Shown here piece by piece: positions 42,926 to 52,965 of a DNA stretch of 64,000 bases (positions are counted from its first letter, which is position 1; each line of letters opens with the position of its first letter). The notes beneath the pieces were generated by a model. It was not told the origin of the DNA. It saw nothing but the letters and a program-made list of their open reading frames with translations, and ran no database searches. The position numbers were made by a program, and so were the translations under genes. Source of the stretch: a virus; IMG/VR virus record IMGVR_UViG_3300050128_000053, positions 24,866 through 88,865 of that record. The stretch is one strand, 5' to 3'.

Positions 42926-43309
42926 ATGAGCAACACAACCACCATCACAGGCAACCTGACCAGGGAGCCGGAGATCCGTTACACCAAGGAGGGTCAGGCC
43001 ACGGCGCAATTGGGCGTAGCGGTCAACCGGCGCTGGTTGGATCGGACCACCCAGGATTGGCAGGAGTCCGTCTCCTTCTTCGAGGTCGTGTGCTGGAGGG
43101 ATCTGGCCGAGAACGTGGCCCTCTCCCTCTCCAAAGGTATGCGGGTTGTCGTCACTGGCCGCCTGGAGCAGCGCAGCTGGGAGACCGAGGAAGGAGAGCA
43201 CCGCTCCAAGGTGGAGATCACGGCCGATGAAATCGGGCCATCGCTCCGCTTCGCCACCGCCGACGTACAGCGCACCGAGCGCCGAACCAGCGAGGAGGAG
43301 ACCAGGTGA
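42926..43309 (+). CDS. ssb: Single-stranded DNA-binding protein (no acidic tail)
   Basis: ITGNLTREPEIRYT...LAENVALSLSKGMRVVVTGRLEQRSWET...DEIGPSLR (actinobacterial type). Confidence 0.95.
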   Translation: MSNTTTITGNLTREPEIRYTKEGQATAQLGVAVNRRWLDRTTQDWQESVSFFEVVCWRDLAENVALSLSKGMRVVVTGRLEQRSWETEEGEHRSKVEITADEIGPSLRFATADVQRTERRTSEEETR

Positions 43310-45669
43310 GTACTCGATCCATCATTGCTGTTCCCCATGGCGACTCGTGGAGAGGGCGCTACGTCCATTCGGACGGCTACCCGACCTGGCGAGCCCGCAA
43401 CCTCTGGGTCCTCGTTAAGCGAGGGGGCCTCGAGCAAACCCGCAAAGTGTTGACCGAAGACCATTTCGGTTGGTCCCAGGTCGATGACAATCAGCCGGCA
43501 GGAGAAGGGCGAGCTGACGGCAGGTGGGTGATCGTCCCCGGGTGGGGAGAGGCCTACACGCCCGAAGAGCATCCATCTGACCGGTGGTATACCCCTGAAG
43601 ATTACGGCGACACCGAATGGACTTACATCCTCGGTGATGACGGGTTACGGGTGCTCAAGCAAGGGGCGTTTGGTTCGGCCACTTCTGTCCTCATTGGCAC
43701 CTACCGCTGGGACGAAGACGAGCCCAACTGGGAAGCAGTCGAAAAGGAGGGATACGCCCAATGACCATCCACGATTACAGCACGGGCGACCTGCCCACTC
43801 AAGAAGCCCCGCAGTGGAGCACTGAAGAACTGCAACGGGACTTTGATGTGCTCGGTTTCCAAGCACCGTTCGTTGTTGTGCGGCGGCGCAGCGACGGCGT
43901 CAAAGGTTCACTGCAGTTCAACCACAATCCCCGTGTCTATTTCGGATTTCAGGAGGTGTGATGAAGAAGAACTACGAACTGCTCGATGCTGTGGTCAAAA
44001 AGATTGAAACCGATCCTGCGAGACCCAAGACGAGGCAGCGGCCAATGTCGCTGATCGCAACAAGCGGGCCGAAGAGCTGGGCATCGTAGCCCGCTACGAA
44101 GCCTTCGCCAAGTAGTCCAACATCAAATCAAAAGGAGCAAAAATGGCGTATAGTCAAATCATTCCACTGAGCAATCGACCATCGATTCTTGTCTCGGTTC
44201 AACCCGGACCAGGGCATGAGGTCATCTGGATCGAACAGGCAACAAGTGCAGTGATCGAACACCAAACCAATGCCCTGGTGTTCTCGATCGACGATCTCGA
44301 CAAGGTAGCCTCTGTCTTGACAGAACTGCGCGACTTCCTCAAGCCAAAGAGCCTCACCTCTCACCAAAGGCAACAGAAGAACAGGCTGGAATCAGAACTT
44401 GGGAGACTGCGCAGATAGGGACTCTTTTGAGACGAGGTGCGCTTTGCTTGGCGATTTTGAAGAGCCGTGTTCAATCCCTGAAGCATTTACGAGACGGCGA
44501 ATCCTCATCGGCGAGATCCAAGAGATACAAGCTCAACTCGGAGACTGGACCAAGCGTGAGAAGGTGCGCCATAACCGGAGGGCCTATCAAGACTACGCCC
44601 ACTGGAGAACCAGTGCCGTTTGGGCCATGACGTCTCGACTGGAAGAACTTCGCTACATCAAAAGTTGGATCTTTGAGCGCCAAACCTTTGAGGAAGATCG
44701 AGTGAGCGCTTGAGGTCTACCCATCTTCGAGCAGTTTGAGGAGTTTCAAGATGATTGAGGAAGATTTCACCAAGGCTGGCAGCATCACTCGGCGGTGTCG
44801 CCCCCTATGGATGGCCCCGTTCCTTGCTGCCCGCTATGCGGTCAAGCGTCGTCGGCTGCGGGCGTTCCATAGATACCTCCACGGCTGGTGGCTTGTCCAT
44901 GAGTACGACCGGCAACATCGGGCGGTGGAGGGGGCACGATGAGCGTCGGCAAGATCATCTCAGTCCATTGTGACTCCTGCGGCCAATGGGCGGATCGTCC
45001 GACTGGTGGTACGGCCACTCAGATGCGAGCGGCCCTACATCGTGGCGGCTGGCGCACGCTGCCGGGCGGGAAGGACATCTGCAATGAATGTCGAGCCAAG
45101 GATGGAGCGTGAGCGAGAAGACCGACCGTTTCAGGTGGTGCCCACACGGAGAGCCGTTCTGGACTCCTGAGAACCAAGTGGCTCATCCGGCGTATTCCTG
45201 TGTGGTCTGTAGTCGGCCAGTTCATCACCCAACCTCTAGCCCGTGTGGCTGTGCCGCGGAGCGGAAGGAAACGGGAATGGGCTTCTACTGCACGGCGTGT
45301 CGAGATGCCCTTGATGTGTTGGAGGCCGATACGCACGTCGGGAAGGTGCATCGCATCCTTGTTCGCAAGGCCAATATGGCTGGGAGGCCGTGTAGTGACG
45401 ACTGAAAAACCATTCCCATTTGAAAGGGTGTTTGCCTGATGACTCAGCCGATTTTGATCGCTCCTGTGACAAGGGTCATTGCTCGCGTACTTGATGCCTG
45501 GTTATATGACCTTAGGGACGGAGACGTTTGGGGCGAACTTACCGATGAAGAAATCAGCGACGTCGCTTGCGACATCGCCGACTCTTTGAACCCGAGACCG
45601 GATCCCGATGATCCCTGCAAATGGTGGATTACGCTTCCCTCAGCTGACGGGACTCTTCCTCAAAGCTAG
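43306..45669 (+). CDS. Run of small hypothetical genes (43306-43764, 43761-43961, 44143-44418, 44399-44713, 45439-45669 and others)
   Basis: Overlapping start/stop codons; 43306 begins MSTRSII...YVHSDGYP, a common phage family. Confidence 0.55.
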
Positions 45670-46189
45670 GCTTCCCCATCTTTTTCCGCAGCCCTTCTGT
45701 GTAGAGGTCCATGGCATGCCCCAGTGCGTGCTCATGGAGTCTTTGGCCCTCAGGGGTGAGACCCGCAATGTGCGCTCCTGATCCAGGCTTGCCTGCATTA
45801 CCTGGGTGAATCGAGTTGTAGATGTCCTTACCAGAAGAGACGTGATACATAGCCCGTTGCTTATTCATAAGCATCTCTTCTGTAGCTCGGCGGTGTTCAC
45901 GCTCAGGGAACCTTCGAGACACGTCAGCATCCCCTTCAGGTCCATTATCCTCATGCCAGAAGCCGAAATGAGCACCGGGCCCGTGCAAGGCACCATGAAA
46001 CGTCTTGGTGTAGTCCTCAAGGGCTTCGGCAGTTGTGGGGATACTCACCTTGCGCTCGGACCCGGGTTGAGAGACCATGATGCCCGTTGTGGGCTCTTCG
46101 CCTGTCTTCACCTTGACCGAGAACCCACTACTCGGAGCGTTCGCCCGCTCAGCTAAGGCGCTGAACTGTTCGCGTCGAAGCGGTGGCAC
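45629..46189 (-). CDS. Hypothetical protein with N-terminal LRREQF motif
   Basis: GFSV...PTTGIMVS...HFGFWHE...DVS...NKQRAMY pattern. Confidence 0.65.
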   Translation of the reverse strand: MPPLRREQFSALAERANAPSSGFSVKVKTGEEPTTGIMVSQPGSERKVSIPTTAEALEDYTKTFHGALHGPGAHFGFWHEDNGPEGDADVSRRFPEREHRRATEEMLMNKQRAMYHVSSGKDIYNSIHPGNAGKPGSGAHIAGLTPEGQRLHEHALGHAMDLYTEGLRKKMGKPSFEEESRQLREA

Positions 46190-46199
46190 GAACTAGAGG

Positions 46200-46676
46200 C
46201 TAGTACTCGAGATCATCGCCGGCTGATCCACCCACGTCGTACGCTGGCACATTCGGATTGGGCGGTACGCCCATGGCACCGTCAAAGAACGCTTCCCCAA
46301 TTGGTGCCTGATTGAGCGCCGTGTAAGGAGCCGCCACAACAGCTGGGTTCATATCGTATGCACCAGCACCAACAGGATTGGCGTCTGCAGTCCAATCGGG
46401 AGTGAAACCTGTGTCTTGAGCCGTATACGGCGGGAATGCCGCTCCCGTGTCCTTCTGCGCCGTCCAGCCAATGGTGGCCGGATTACCCGTCCCAAGGCGC
46501 TCATAACACTGCGGAACCGAACCTGCGGTCTCAGCGCACAAGATATTGGCTTGAGCAGCAGCCTCTTGAAGGGCTGCTCGAGAGACTGGGTCAGAGTTCC
46601 CGCCGTCAGGCTGGCCAAAGATTCCACCCTGGATCTGTTGATAATAGCCAATGTCACTCACACTTGAGATTACCAT
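46200..46676 (-). CDS. Hypothetical Gly/Ala/Pro-rich protein
   Basis: Acidic low-complexity ORF; start uncertain. Confidence 0.55.
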   Translation of the reverse strand: MVISSVSDIGYYQQIQGGIFGQPDGGNSDPVSRAALQEAAAQANILCAETAGSVPQCYERLGTGNPATIGWTAQKDTGAAFPPYTAQDTGFTPDWTADANPVGAGAYDMNPAVVAAPYTALNQAPIGEAFFDGAMGVPPNPNVPAYDVGGSAGDDLEY

Positions 46677-46682
46677 CAGGAC

Positions 46683-47354
46683 ATGAAGATTTTGATTGGG
46701 TGCCCGATCAAGGACCGCGGCTGGTGCCTTCCTTCTTGGTACGAGGGCATTGAAGACCAAGGCCTTGAGGTCGAGGTGATCACGATTTTGAGCCCTTCAG
46801 CTGACAATACCGAACTGCTGCTCAAAGAACGAAATATCGAAATCCTCTACGATGATGATCCAGGCCGACCACCACAAGAGATAGACGGGCATGTCTGGCA
46901 CGCTGTCCAATACGCCTATATGGCGCGACTCAGGAACCAGTTACTCGACTGGGCTACCGCAGCTGAAGCTGATTACTTTCTCTCTTTGGATTCGGACATC
47001 GTCTTGTCAGCGAATGCGCTCTCGGCACTCATTGCCTTCAATCAGAGCCACCCGGGCGTTGTGGCCCCCGCCGTCAATATGTCAAGCGGCAACTCAGTGG
47101 CGTGGAACACCATGAACTGGACAAACCCGAATGCTCCCCGTCTTGCCACACGTGGATCTCCACCGACAAGCGGGAAAGTGGACGTCATCATGGCGGCCAT
47201 GCTTTTCGACCGCCGATCGATAGCGCAGTGCCGCTGGCAAGACAACAACCAGGGCGAGGACGTCGGGTTTTGCCTCGATGCCGAAGCAAGGGGGATCAAT
47301 CGGTATTGGCTTTCTGAAATCCGCTGCGCTCACCGAGTTCGCAAGATGACCTAA
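46683..47354 (+). CDS. Glycosyltransferase (GT-A fold)
   Basis: ILIGCP, ARLRN, LSLDSD and GEDVGFC. Confidence 0.85.
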   Translation: MKILIGCPIKDRGWCLPSWYEGIEDQGLEVEVITILSPSADNTELLLKERNIEILYDDDPGRPPQEIDGHVWHAVQYAYMARLRNQLLDWATAAEADYFLSLDSDIVLSANALSALIAFNQSHPGVVAPAVNMSSGNSVAWNTMNWTNPNAPRLATRGSPPTSGKVDVIMAAMLFDRRSIAQCRWQDNNQGEDVGFCLDAEARGINRYWLSEIRCAHRVRKMT

Positions 47355-48115
47355 GGCAACGGCGCAAGCGGTGGCCGGTGTAAGAGGTCCTGAACCCCTG
47401 TATGCGTAGCGGCTGGGTGCGTGATGTTGTCAGCCAGAGGATTGGCATGGTTGTAGAGACACAGGACTTCTTCAAGGCAGCGGTAACGCCCAGCGGCCAG
47501 CTCGAGCCCCGCCGTCATGAAGGCGTAATCAGTTCCATTCTCCAGCCAACGGTTCGAGTTCTGCCATTTGAACTGGTGCTCGGGGATGGCCTTGAAGACC
47601 TTCCCTTTCATCGTTCGGAGATGATTGAAACAACTGCCCGCACCCGAAAGGATGTACTGGCGGTACGAAGAATCCCTCACCACTTCGTCTGGAAAAGGAA
47701 CTGCCGGCGGGCAGGTATCAACCCATGGGACAGGACGGTAGTTGCCGTAAGTCAAAAGGACATCAGGATCGGCATAGCAGTCAGCTAACTGTTGCAACAC
47801 TTCGGAGTGGGCCAGCTGATCACCATCGAGATCGAGGAAGACGATTACGTCCTCGTCTTCCACTTCAAGGGCGATTAGACCGTCGTACTGATTACGCACT
47901 GCGAAGCGCTGATCAGGATTGATCTGATACCCAAAGTGGTCGCAGAAGTCAGGAGAGTTGCACCATTCTTCGATTACTCTATCCCCACGATCAGAACAAG
48001 CATCGTAAACGATCATCGATTCCCAGTCGTCACGAGTTTGGCGTTTGATTGAGCACAGTGTCTGCTCAATGAAACCCTCACAGCTCCAACCAACAGAGAT
48101 GATCTTAAATGTCAT
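47351..48115 (-). CDS. Glycosyltransferase family 2
   Basis: YDACSD, VFLDLDGDQL, HLRT and LYN..NP. Confidence 0.82.
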   Translation of the reverse strand: MTFKIISVGWSCEGFIEQTLCSIKRQTRDDWESMIVYDACSDRGDRVIEEWCNSPDFCDHFGYQINPDQRFAVRNQYDGLIALEVEDEDVIVFLDLDGDQLAHSEVLQQLADCYADPDVLLTYGNYRPVPWVDTCPPAVPFPDEVVRDSSYRQYILSGAGSCFNHLRTMKGKVFKAIPEHQFKWQNSNRWLENGTDYAFMTAGLELAAGRYRCLEEVLCLYNHANPLADNITHPAATHTGVQDLLHRPPLAPLP

Positions 48116-48651
48116 ACTGGAACCAGACGTATGATGTCGTCCTCAAGTTTGTAATGGAAGCCGTTGTCCTGCGCGAAGGTTCGCACCCACGAAAGCGGTG
48201 GATAATCCTTGAACTCTTCGGTGTGCTCAGGACCCTCGCCAAAAAGACGAGCGTCATCGATGAGGATGACCGATCCCTTAGGAGCAGTTACCGCAACCGA
48301 CAACTCGGAGACAATCGGTGTGTCGATCTCTCCGCGTACGGGTCCACCGGACCAATGTCCGTCAAGCCAGAAGAGGACTGGAGTTGAAAAGTAGGCCACC
48401 AAGCCCGCTAAGTAGTCTCCACTATCTCCGCAGTAGCAGTTGACCTTCTCTATTCCAGAGAAACGATCTTTCGCCCGGTAATAAAGATCACGGTCAAGTT
48501 CGATGGTATTCAACACGTCAAAGTCGTCGAGCAAAGCGGCAACTGTGTCACCAACACTGGTGCCAGTCTCTATGAAGACCTTGGTTTCAAATGCTCGAGC
48601 GTAAGTGCGGATGATCTCGACACGCTCTGCAGCCGGCAGATAAAGAGGCAT
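48112..48651 (-). CDS. SAM-dependent methyltransferase-like protein
   Basis: FIETGT..G, TIELD, GDS, FWLDGH and ILIDDARLF. Confidence 0.8.
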   Translation of the reverse strand: MPLYLPAAERVEIIRTYARAFETKVFIETGTSVGDTVAALLDDFDVLNTIELDRDLYYRAKDRFSGIEKVNCYCGDSGDYLAGLVAYFSTPVLFWLDGHWSGGPVRGEIDTPIVSELSVAVTAPKGSVILIDDARLFGEGPEHTEEFKDYPPLSWVRTFAQDNGFHYKLEDDIIRLVPV

Positions 48652-49247
48652 CAGCAGTAAACCACCCCCATACCTGGGTACTGACCTTCGAAGTCCCAAT
48701 CCTCCAAACTGTGCGCTTTGCAGAACTCCAACATTGCAGTACGCACTGGGAAAGGCGGCTGTGGAGTCACAGCATTCCCTGTCACTTCAAGTGCCGTGTC
48801 GTGCAAGAGGATGCGCCCACCATTTCGTACTTTTCCGTAATACAGACTTAACTCCCTCAGCGTCTGTTCGTATGTGTGCTGTGTATCGATGAAGACGATG
48901 TCGACTACTCCAGGTAGCGCATCCAAGATCATGCTGTCAGTGTCGTTACCAAGAAGAAAGGTCCAGTAATCAACACACCCGAGCGGACCTTGCGAGTTGA
49001 GTAGTTCTATTCCGGTCTCGGGATCAACCACTGGGAACGAACAGTCAACAGACCAGAGCTGGCCTCTTGTCTGTTGAAGGGCATAAAGCCAAGCGATGGT
49101 CGAGGCCCCATAACGAACCCCGAGTTCGATTACCTTCGTGGCATCGATGGCATCAACCGTGGACAAGATGTAGTGCATGAAGGGACCCATGTCGGAGTTC
49201 TTCTCGCACAGAAGATCGAACCGCTCTTTGAGTACAACAGGATCCAT
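48651..49247 (-). CDS. Class I SAM methyltransferase (Methyltransf_24-like)
   Basis: VIELGVRYGAST, VFIDTQHTYE and GGRILLHD. Confidence 0.88.
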   Translation of the reverse strand: MDPVVLKERFDLLCEKNSDMGPFMHYILSTVDAIDATKVIELGVRYGASTIAWLYALQQTRGQLWSVDCSFPVVDPETGIELLNSQGPLGCVDYWTFLLGNDTDSMILDALPGVVDIVFIDTQHTYEQTLRELSLYYGKVRNGGRILLHDTALEVTGNAVTPQPPFPVRTAMLEFCKAHSLEDWDFEGQYPGMGVVYC

Positions 49248-49257
49248 GCTTGCGTCC

Positions 49258-50016
49258 CTACCAGTTGAGGTAGCTTGAGTGTTCGTTACCACCCAGCTCA
49301 AAATCGAGTGATTCGATTTTCTGCCCGCGGTACCAGCCGACCATGTCGGGCGTCCTGCTGTCTCCGTAGACCGGAGGTTTACCTGACCCTTGCTCTCGAT
49401 GCACCAAGTAGGAGCCGTATTGGCTGAGCACTCCACAGCGAGCCCCCGTACGGGTAATGGCACAGACCTGGTCATCGAGTCCGTAGTACCAGGGGAAGTC
49501 GGTGCTCATGTCACGCCAGACTGAGCGTCGGTACATGATGCACCAGCCCTCAGGGCGCACGAAACCGCTCTCGAGGGTTCCGTCGTGCGACCAGCCAATA
49601 GAGACGATGTCGAGTGGCCCAGGCTCGGGCTGGGCCGGCTGAAGGCCCCACACGCTAGGCCAGTGCTCAATGGTCCCCTCCATCCAAGCCAGTTGCTTTA
49701 CGAGCCAATCAGGGCGCAGGAAAGCCACATCAGAGTTGAGCAGCAAAACGTATTCCGACTCCTGATTCGATCTTGCCACTCCGATGTTGTTGCCTTGACT
49801 GTAGAGCCAGTTCCGGTCTTCTTCGATCAACGTGGTCATGAGACCGGTATCGCGAAGCTTGCGCAACACCTCAACGGTCTCGGGGGTGCTGGCATTGTCG
49901 ACCACTACCACTTCGTAATCGACAAACTGAGTGATTGCCAACGTGTTCAGGCAGATGGTGATCAACTCGGGGTGGTTGTAGTTGACGATTATGATGCTGA
50001 CCTTCGGAGCACTCAT
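49258..50016 (-). CDS. Glycosyltransferase family 2
   Basis: VSIIIVNYN, VVVDNAS and LLLNSD. Confidence 0.88.
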   Translation of the reverse strand: MSAPKVSIIIVNYNHPELITICLNTLAITQFVDYEVVVVDNASTPETVEVLRKLRDTGLMTTLIEEDRNWLYSQGNNIGVARSNQESEYVLLLNSDVAFLRPDWLVKQLAWMEGTIEHWPSVWGLQPAQPEPGPLDIVSIGWSHDGTLESGFVRPEGWCIMYRRSVWRDMSTDFPWYYGLDDQVCAITRTGARCGVLSQYGSYLVHREQGSGKPPVYGDSRTPDMVGWYRGQKIESLDFELGGNEHSSYLNW

Positions 50017-50675
50017 ATGTCACGTCTACAGTAAAAGGCATCGCCCCATCCCTGGTCTCCTACCCAGTGGGTCTCCATGCGCATGAACCCAGCACCGAGG
50101 AGAAAATCATCGATGTCCCAAATCTTTGAGCAGCCGACGTACACCTCGTCCTTGTTGACCTCGGTCATTATGAAGTCGACACTTTGCAAAAAGATCTGAG
50201 CGCCGTGGAGCACTTCCAGCTCGACACCTTGGAGATCCATGACCAGCATATTGGCGTAAAGAATCGAGGCGTAGTAAGGAATCGAGGCGTACCTATGCCC
50301 GAGAAGCGTGTCGAGAGTTTCGGTCTCTACTGTGAGTTGTGACTCGAATACCGTGTCAGGGGAGAACTCAGGATGAGTACCGAACTCGAGCAGAGAAGAT
50401 GACATGCCGGCATAGTTTGTGATGTTGAACTTGCGCTCTTCATGGTCCTTACCGCCGAGCACGCATTGCTGGTAATGCTGATTCGGGTAGGACGCTAGAG
50501 CTTGTGCGATCAGCGGCAGGACTGCAGGGTTCCCCTCAATCCACCAGACCTCTATCCCCGTTCCGAATACCCGATTGTAATCGGAAGCCTCCTCACAAAG
50601 GTGGGCTCCTGCATGAACAATGCCCATCACGCTTTCCCGCAGGTTGTACTTGTCGGCCAGATTGTCAAGATTCAT
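50013..50675 (-). CDS. FkbM-family methyltransferase
   Basis: HAGAH, SSSLL, MDLQGVELEVLHG, TEV and WGDAFY. Confidence 0.88.
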   Translation of the reverse strand: MNLDNLADKYNLRESVMGIVHAGAHLCEEASDYNRVFGTGIEVWWIEGNPAVLPLIAQALASYPNQHYQQCVLGGKDHEERKFNITNYAGMSSSLLEFGTHPEFSPDTVFESQLTVETETLDTLLGHRYASIPYYASILYANMLVMDLQGVELEVLHGAQIFLQSVDFIMTEVNKDEVYVGCSKIWDIDDFLLGAGFMRMETHWVGDQGWGDAFYCRRDI

Positions 50676-51478
50676 CAACACGCAGCGATGCCCCATTCAA
50701 GAAGGAAGAGAAGGTCCGCATCAATGTAGTCCAAAAACGGGCCATACACCTTGGATGGTCGCACCACATTCTGCGGCGGCACGTCTGCGAGAAGAGCGGC
50801 CCAGATACCGAAGGTAGACCCAGTGACCGAGAACTGGTCACATCTGGACATCAAGAACAAGTCGATCCAGTCAGTCGGCTCGTAGGTCCCAAACGAGGGC
50901 TCATGTTCTTTGGCGTAGGGTGCGCCCACGCTGTAAAAGCATGCAGGAGGAAGGTTGGACCGGCACCAGGGAACGTCATCAGAGAAGATGGCCAGATCAC
51001 GATGCTGAGGCAGGACAGTGAGAGAGTGCCTGTAGTACTCCGCTGGGTATTGCAAGTGGTAATCATTCTTGTTCGCCACACCGGGGTCGAACACATTGTC
51101 ACCGCGGCGTACGTGCAAAGCAGCTATCGGCCCATCGATGACCGGCCACGCAATGGTGTCGAGTGTCTGCTGAGCGAACTCACTGGGCTGAAAGTAATCA
51201 CGGATCAAATCGATGTAGGGCCAGAACAGGTTGATGTCTTGAAGGTAATCACGACACCTGGCATCAAGATGGGCACAGAAGTTCTGAGCGTCGGGGACAT
51301 AGGGTGGGATCTCGTCAGCGAAGAACTCATCTGGCACGCTGAAGTAAGGCCGGTGCAGCCAGTTGGCTGGGAAGACCGGCTCCTCTCCAAGGTCAAGAGC
51401 GATGCCGACGGTCGCCGCCAGCTCGTAAAGGGCGTTCCCAAGACGCCCTCTTTGCCCCAGTGCACGGTAAGCAATCAT
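50675..51478 (-). CDS. Alpha-1,2-fucosyltransferase-like (GT11)
   Basis: GRLGN, ALHVRRGD, FSDDVPWC and DLFLMSRC...STF..WAA. Confidence 0.9.
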   Translation of the reverse strand: MIAYRALGQRGRLGNALYELAATVGIALDLGEEPVFPANWLHRPYFSVPDEFFADEIPPYVPDAQNFCAHLDARCRDYLQDINLFWPYIDLIRDYFQPSEFAQQTLDTIAWPVIDGPIAALHVRRGDNVFDPGVANKNDYHLQYPAEYYRHSLTVLPQHRDLAIFSDDVPWCRSNLPPACFYSVGAPYAKEHEPSFGTYEPTDWIDLFLMSRCDQFSVTGSTFGIWAALLADVPPQNVVRPSKVYGPFLDYIDADLLFLLEWGIAAC

Positions 51479-51822
51479 TGGTGGTCGGGATGAATGTCGT
51501 GTAGGACCAGCTTGTCGTTAGGAAGAGAGATGCACTTCTTACAAAGTCGGTGCCCATTCTTCGTGGTGTGGTGTGCTGGCCAATGACATGGTTCGTTATG
51601 GCATTCGTGAGATCGGTAAAAACTGAACACGCTTGCCAACACAGCAGTGATTAGCGTGACTTCTCCCAAATCACTTCCAAATCCCGACCAGAACCCGTAA
51701 TAGGGTCCAGCCTCGTTGACGGTTCCGGTATGAACTTCAACCCAGTGCCACCCAGCATGGATGAGGAGAAATACGAGAATGACAACCAGTCCCGCACAAA
51801 CGGATAAGAGAACTCGTCTCAT
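51475..51822 (-). CDS. Membrane protein with C-terminal Cys/His cluster
   Basis: Two hydrophobic segments; YGFWSGFGSDLGE; CH..PC...LCKKC. Confidence 0.65.
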   Translation of the reverse strand: MRRVLLSVCAGLVVILVFLLIHAGWHWVEVHTGTVNEAGPYYGFWSGFGSDLGEVTLITAVLASVFSFYRSHECHNEPCHWPAHHTTKNGHRLCKKCISLPNDKLVLHDIHPDHQ

Positions 51823-51824
51823 AG

Positions 51825-52964
51825 CTACCTCCAAAGATAGACAGAACTACGCTCGGGTTCAACAAGGTGCTCATACTCACGCAGTGTGACCACTAAAACT
51901 TCGCATTTGACGACGTCTTTGAGATCATCGCCTGATGGGATCGCCTCGTCGTAAACCCGGACATGGATTTCACGATCTAGCATTTGCTTCAGCAACCACA
52001 TACCCGGCGAAGCTTCTGTGACATCAGTCCCGTACTTGTAGGCCAGCCCAAGAATCCCCACTGAGGCCGGGGAGTCCTTGAGCACTTTCGAGAGGATGTG
52101 ATTGAGCAAATGGGCATTCACGTCGTCGACAGCCTCAGTAATCGGAAGAGTCATCCCCTGGTGGTATGCCGCCGCTTGAAGGGCCCGCCCATCCCGAGGC
52201 AAGCAGGGCCCACTCAGAGGTGACCCAGGAGTCCAGTAACCAGTCCCAAGACGTTGGTCTTCCCCCAGGATTTCAACTGCCTTAGGGTCGACGCCGTAGG
52301 CCTCAAAGAGCCGACCCAGCTGATTAGCCAGAGAGATCTTGGTCCCGAGCGCTGCGTTGACCGAAAGCTTGAGCAGTTCGATTTCCTCGAACTCAGCAAT
52401 GTGCCGTGGGGCATCACAGATCTTTGACTGCACCTCGATGACCTTCTCCATCACTGGGCTGTAAACCACTGGACTTCCGATGTCGAGACCACCGAGCAAC
52501 AAAAAGTGTGGGTGACTCAGGTCATGGATAACGGATCCAAGGGCGATGAAGCTGGGCGTATAGACGATGGGACCGTACTGGCAAGCCAACCGAGAACAAG
52601 TCCCAGGAGAGACAGTTGAGACAATAGCCACATCGGACTTGCGCCGCACCTTTGCAATATCGCTTAGTGCCTGCTCAACGTAAAGACTGCTGAAACTGCC
52701 GTCAGCCGCCGAAGGAGTAGGCACCACAATGAAGCTGAGATCGGCAACTGTCGGCTCATCAGTAAAGGACAAACCATCTGAAGAGATGTCGACATCGGGC
52801 TCAAGAAACAGGTTGGTTGCCCCACTGCGGGCGTGAGCCTGAAGGGTCCTCAACTCGTTCACTCGCTCAGTGTCGTTGTCTATGCCGGTCACGGTGTAGT
52901 GCCGCGACAAGAGGGATGCCAACGGCACCCCTAATCGACCCATACCGTAAACCGCTATTTCCAC
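51825..52964 (-). CDS. UDP-glucose/GDP-mannose dehydrogenase family
   Basis: GMGRLG, VVPTP, STVSPGT, KLSVN...KISLAN, GPCLPRD and GLAYK. Confidence 0.92.
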   Translation of the reverse strand: MEIAVYGMGRLGVPLASLLSRHYTVTGIDNDTERVNELRTLQAHARSGATNLFLEPDVDISSDGLSFTDEPTVADLSFIVVPTPSAADGSFSSLYVEQALSDIAKVRRKSDVAIVSTVSPGTCSRLACQYGPIVYTPSFIALGSVIHDLSHPHFLLLGGLDIGSPVVYSPVMEKVIEVQSKICDAPRHIAEFEEIELLKLSVNAALGTKISLANQLGRLFEAYGVDPKAVEILGEDQRLGTGYWTPGSPLSGPCLPRDGRALQAAAYHQGMTLPITEAVDDVNAHLLNHILSKVLKDSPASVGILGLAYKYGTDVTEASPGMWLLKQMLDREIHVRVYDEAIPSGDDLKDVVKCEVLVVTLREYEHLVEPERSSVYLWR

Positions 52965-52965
52965 A

